A stretch of DNA of 5,467 nucleotides from contig CP070629.1 of assembly GCA_020356005.1 (NCBI GenBank), positions 250,673-256,139 of the forward strand. Reading direction: 5' to 3'. The DNA is from Thermoplasmata archaeon. GTDB lineage: Archaea; Thermoplasmatota; Penumbrarchaeia; JAEHCK01; GCA-020356005. This document shows positions 5,447 to 5,467 of the stretch, one piece after another (the first letter of the stretch is position 1; each line of letters opens with the position of its first letter). A program made the position numbers and the translations under genes. The notes below the pieces were generated by a model. That model was not told the origin of the DNA. It did no database searches and saw nothing but the letters and a program-made list of their open reading frames with translations.

Positions 5447-5467
5447 GAGGAACAAAGTCATTGATTC

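Noticed and set aside
5292-5465. Minus-strand frame open from the right window edge for 58 codons (...GSVGALISILFNYIDFFDGS*), and the same frame open again for 39 codons after two stops
   Set aside because: There is no recognisable motif, the product is Arg/Pro-rich and low-complexity, and an open stretch of this length is not statistically unusual in ~50% GC DNA. This cannot be decided without sequence to the right. A 3' gene end or a pseudogene remains possible.
5418-5467. + strand ATG (5418) opening a frame to the window edge (MPAIYGLRFSRNKVID), with a faint resemblance to TnpB/OrfB N-termini
   Set aside because: Only 16 codons are visible. The ATG is buried inside the strongest hairpin of the region. 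The resemblance (Y-x-L-R-x-x-x-N-K) is too weak to call.

Overview
All five protein-coding genes lie on the minus strand. From right to left they are as follows. (i) A stand-alone, AT-rich class I SAM-dependent methyltransferase gene (4170-5036). (ii) A very AT-rich intergenic region (3995-4169) with two oligo-T terminator candidates, a TATA-like octamer and a perfect 15-bp palindrome. (iii) A tightly packed, operon-like run of four genes. These are an Lrp/AsnC-family regulator (3545-3994), an unusual HdrB-HdrC fusion iron-sulfur protein (2161-3522), and two domain proteins of a split, archaeal-type glutamate synthase. The first domain protein is the Ntn glutamine amidotransferase (860-2164), whose ATG overlaps the Hdr-like stop codon as ATGA. 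The second is the ferredoxin-fused FMN/synthase domain protein (1-856). It is partial and absent from the supplied ORF track because it runs off the left edge. All + strand ORFs in the track are shadow frames of these genes. The rightmost ~320 nt (5150-5467) is GC-rich, has no convincing ORF and contains several hairpins, so it is an unidentified, possibly RNA-coding or relic element. Gene content, TATA-like boxes, oligo-T terminators and GTGAT/GGAGG ribosome-binding sites suggest a methanogen/ANME-like euryarchaeon, but this is inference only. The most interesting signals are the reversed-order HdrB-HdrC fusion translationally coupled to the split glutamate synthase, and a near-identical palindromic box plus identical TATA octamer in front of both the lrp-led operon and the methyltransferase gene.
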